A model generated the notes under the pieces. That model saw nothing but the letters and a program-made list of their open reading frames with translations. It searched no databases and was not told the origin of the DNA. A stretch of 63,773 nucleotides of DNA, the filler included, from Sphacelaria rigidula (lineage: Eukaryota): assembly GCA_964200075.2 (NCBI GenBank). It is 10 parts of 10 records of this genome, joined end to end, with 100 filler letters (N's around TTAATTAATTAA, not from the genome) between each part and the next. Parts side by side here need not be neighbours in the genome. Positions count along the whole stretch, not along the records: positions 57,487 to 63,773 come from CAXNAA020021006.1; 9 more parts are not named here. The stretch is one strand, 5' to 3'. Within the stretch, counting starts at the first letter, position 1, and each line of letters starts with the position of its first letter. The position numbers and the translations under genes were made by a program. This document shows, in pieces, positions 59,717-63,773 of this stretch.

Positions 59717-61615
59717 AAAGTCTCCGAGGTTGAGGTCTTGCCTACTTTTTGTTCTTCCGCCGGTTTTCTGGAGCTCCAGGGTCCTTGCAGATTGCATGCC
59801 CTCCCGGTACCCCCCGTAGCCGTCGAAAAAAACAGAAGACCCCAACATGGGGAAGGCGTATAATGACCCATGCGGTAGTATACGTGTGCAAACATCGAGA
59901 GTCTAACTCCAAAAAGGAAGGCGCGAGGTTTTCCGTTTTTGTGTGACAAAGATTAGGTAAGCTTGAAAAATACAAAATTGTAAGTAGTCGATTTTAGTCT
60001 CAAAAGCGACCTCTCGGGTACGATTTATTGTAGCGTGAAAAAACGACTACATGGCAAAATCTTTTCGGGTCAGGCAACGAAACGTGGGACAAATATTCCT
60101 TGGGCTTCCCAGAGGCGTGTACATATTTATTTTTCGCTCTGAGGCATTCTGTAACGGTTGTTGGGGTTTTGCATGTCGGGACCCCGGGAGTCGACAGCGG
60201 GGAAACTTTGAAATAAATGTAAGCAACACTTTTTTTTTTTTCATTTCAAGCACGAATGCAGACTGTTTGCCAAGTTTGAGGGCAGTCACAGCTTTCCTAC
60301 GACATATATGAGATAAAGCGCCAGGAGGCGTTGTGGGTCTTAGGTGATAATCGTCAGTGGAAATCCGAAATTACCGAAATAGCACGGTTTGGAGTATGAT
60401 TTCGATGCCGTGGTAACCGTTTTTAATTCTATGCTTTTCGTGAGCTTCCCGAGCTGATTGCGAATACCACGACTTGGAGCATGTTGAGATTGGGTAGAAA
60501 GTGTGTGTATTGGTACTCATTTTCATTTCAGAACATTTTGGAAAGCGCTGTTCGGTCGAGCTACCTTTGTGTCCTCAGCGCAACCGCTATGGCCTCGAAG
60601 AAATATCCGTCTGTATCACCCTCTTCTTCAGTAAAACCATGGCGGTCAGTATGGTACGACGTATTCGGTCATTAGGCGGTTGTTGCAAAAGTCATTCGGT
60701 GATGATGGAATTTGGGGCGATGATGAGCGTAAGCAAGCCAGAAGGTGATAACTGCACGGGGTGGAGTTGGTAGCCGTCCACTGCCCGCGGGTCATGAAGG
60801 AGAAATTCCTGAGTTGTTCGTTCCCTCGGAGGACTGTAGCCTGTTTTACCTCTAGCCGCAAAGGTTTGTGTGTGTTTGTTGCAGAATTGGTGTCACTGTT
60901 TTCTGATTCAGGCAGCAAATCAAGTGTACTCCATGCGGAGTGCACAATCCGTCTGTTCACGGCAACGGTCAGGCTTTTCCTTGCGTCGTGCCTCTTTTGA
61001 CCTCGCGATACGTTATGTCCCGGTCCGATATGACCTCCTACCAAAAATGGGCATGAAATATTGCTCCTTCGTTTATGCACACGGAGCGCCGAGTTACCGC
61101 TTAGTTATCAATAAAACGCAGAAAGGAGGGTAGCGTTTCCGTGTGTGTGACATGAACGACTAACGATATACTGCAGTGCAAGCAAGGAAGAGCTACGCTA
61201 AAACCTAGACCAGTGTTTTACATCGCACCGTGCCACATGACTGCGGTTTTGGCAGCGAGATTAGGGTCGTAATTTTCGGTAGGTGTCCGTGGGCTCGGTG
61301 TGGGGGGCGGGGAAGGGGCTAGAATTTGGGTCGGAGTGCTTCAAAACGAGTAGACAAAGAAAGATACCGCATGTTCAGCGGAAAATTCAGCTACCGCCAC
61401 AAAGCATTTTTCTTCTCCAAAGCGAGCCCGCTTTTTCTCACCCGATCAGAATATTCAAGATGCTTGAGTACTACAGTACAAAGCGGTACTGCTTGCGTGC
61501 CATACGCCAATCTCTTCAACATGAGCGTACAAGCTCCCCCGTGCGCCAAAAAGTGCAAGACGTGATGATCTTGCTCCGACTGACTCACACTGACCAACCC
61601 TTACCGGAATCTCAG

Positions 61616-63662
61616 GAAGACGAGTACGGCATGATCAAGCAGCACCCCGGCTGCAAGGTCATTTCGGAGGGTCAGATAACCTACACCAAGAGCGGAATCA
61701 AGGCTGCGGCAGGCGTGCCCAAAGCCGGGGACGAAGACGACACCGCCGCATCCCACGCCGAAGCGACACCGTCACCGGCCACACCGGTGCCCGCTGACAC
61801 CACCGTCACTGTGCCCGTCACCGTCACCGCTGACACCACCGTCACCGTGCCCGGGGTGAGGTGGGACAGCCGGTGGGCGAGGAGGAGCCAGGCTGGGCGC
61901 AAAGCCGAGCCTGTCGAGACGCCCCCGCTGGACGAGAGCCCGACTATTGCGGCAGATTCTTCCCTCGAGCACCCATGGTTCGGTGCTCTGCTTACGGAGA
62001 GCAGGGAAAGCCTCAAGGTTGGGCAAGCGCTGACGTCTCCGGCCTCGCTGCACGCATCCTTCTTCGGCACTTTGGGTTTGGCGTTGGATGGTTCGGTCAT
62101 CCACAAGAGACCCGCTGCTGGGGAGGAGCTCAATGCGGGGATCAAGGAAGCGATGGTGCAGAAGCTCTGCCCCCTGTGCTCGTGGGACGTGGACATCGGA
62201 GGGACGGCCACTGCGACGGAGTTGGCCGAGGTGATCGGCAAGAGCGATATCGCTGCGGAGTCGGTGAGCTTGCTTACCACTAAGACCAAGGACTTCGCGA
62301 AGGTGAGGTCTCGGAGGTGTTGTGGCGGATTCTCACAGCCGTGGACTGCGTGTTGCACGTGTACGCGCCTCTCTTTTGGATCTGTTGTGCTTGTGCGGGG
62401 CAGGTGTCTTGCATGCCCATTTGTGCGGCCATCGTCTGTCGTGTCTCTGTGCATGCATCCAACACAGGGAAATGTTGGGCGTTGGAGGTCACCATAGAAC
62501 ACACAATTTGGTGCACCTGGCTTGAAGCGTGCGGTTCTCGCTGTGGAGACGGACGTGTGGACCTCAGATTCCTCTGCTGGTGTCCACTAGAAACAACACC
62601 CATTACTTTGTTTGATCCTCCGTGCTTACTTGTTCAGGTCATGAAGAAGCGTCGGATACAGATGTACAAGCTGGAGCGCGCCCGCAAGAAGCGGCGTGAC
62701 GTAAACACGACCCTCGAGGAGGCGCAGATGCAAGAGGCTGATGCACGGATGTTGGTGAAAGACTTCACGAGCACGCTGAGAATCACGGACAGAGGCTACG
62801 TGGTGAGTGGGCGCACTGTGCAGAGGAGCAATACAGTTCGGTTTCGTTCGTGTGTATTCATGCCTAAGCCTTGATAGGAACGCTCGGGTATTCGTGGGTG
62901 CACAGCCGGGGAGAGATGATGCGTTGGCCTCATACCATGAGACGACGGACTCGTGCCGCGGAAAGGAAGGGGTCAGAAGTGAGACAAAACAGGAAAGGGC
63001 GGCGCCAACCATGTCAGAAACATGTGTTGCTCGACTGCACATTCCCTGAGCATTATGCTGTGTTACTCACGGTGTCTTTTTTCAGGGTATTTACTGCGCT
63101 GTGGCGAGAGTCATCATCCAAGCGTTGCAGATTGTTGTGGGCTACGACAGAGTCCAGTGGGATACTGTCTAGAAATAAACAGTAACCAATCGTCGAAGAT
63201 GGTTATTTCGTGGTGAAGATAAGATAAGATATGGTCTGCTCGAGTGTGACAGACAGTGATCACACGTCGCGCAGATCACCTCCCTGTGAGCCCCGACTAG
63301 CCTTGTGCTAAAACCGCACACAATACAGTTGCCCAGGCCATCCCCAATCAAGGAGGGCCTCAGTTAACCCCGCCATGTGTCAGTAGCCATCGCAGTATCT
63401 GATGTGCGACTGTGTGTTATCGGCCGGGTATGCCTTGAATGTCCAGGAGGCGTTCGTCGACGGCGTTAAGGTGATTTCGGAATCTGGCCGAAAGTACGAG
63501 GTGAAGCCGCAGAAAAAGAAGTGGTTCACGAACCCCTTGAAGGCCTTGAAGGCAGCCTTCGCCAGGAGGAAGAAATCGAATGAGTACGAGCTTCATGTCG
63601 TGGAAGATGGCATCGAGATCAGGCTCGGGAAGGAGTTGGTGTGGGCGATTCGCGTGGCGTGA
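61616..63662 (+). CDS. Orphan spliced gene (exons 61616-62302, 62638-62802, then 63086-63172 with stop and/or 63447-63662 with stop)
   Basis: CAG acceptors, GTGAGG and GTGAGT donors, all phase 0, strong GC3 bias. P/T/V-rich linker and a basic coiled segment VMKKRRIQMYKLERARKKRRD. No family recognised. Confidence 0.65.
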
Positions 63663-63773
63663 AGGCCTTCTTGATGCGTGAAGCGGAAGAACAGAAGAAG
63701 AGCGGGGGGAATATGAAGACACGAAAAATGGCATCACAAAAAATGAACGAAAATTCGGTGGGGGAAGGGGGGG

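Noticed and set aside
61681..62502. 273-aa antisense ORF
   Set aside because: Shadow of the GC3-rich plus-strand exon.
1..63773. Prokaryotic operon, defence system or phage
   Set aside because: No dense ORF packing; the recognisable genes are all spliced.

Overview
This window is not one locus. It is ten separate contigs of 6287-6288 nt joined by nine identical 100-nt linkers (44 N + TTAATTAATTAA + 44 N). The DNA is eukaryotic, intron-rich and transposon-rich. It is most consistent with a brown alga (Phaeophyceae, Ectocarpus-like); this is inferred from short GC3-rich exons in long introns, GC-AG introns, a stramenopile-type 5S fragment and the repeat content. Most ORF-track entries are spurious. 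Partial spliced genes rebuilt by hand with phase-compatible junctions are: a CEP164-like coiled-coil C-terminus, an EXS/ERD1-family membrane protein, a DUF1995 protein, CLPTM1, a CaaX-terminated protein and an orphan gene. Also present are an intact tRNA-Ala(CGC), a decayed RTE-type LINE, a tRNA-derived SINE family, a poly-G-headed/(AATC)n-tailed repeat family, and many non-autonomous DNA transposons (hAT-, Tc1/mariner-, PIF/Harbinger-, piggyBac-like and long foldbacks), several nested. Two observations stand out. (1) A 249-bp MITE at 52041-52289 whose two inverted arms each carry the 3' half of 5S rRNA (the Pol III internal promoter region). (2) A ~450-nt hairpin at 59270-59716 built by inverted duplication of an intron/exon junction homologous to the orphan gene about 3 kb away, a candidate proto-miRNA/hairpin-RNA locus beside its own target. 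All protein family calls are from remembered motifs, not database searches. Coordinates were counted by hand and may be off by a few bases.
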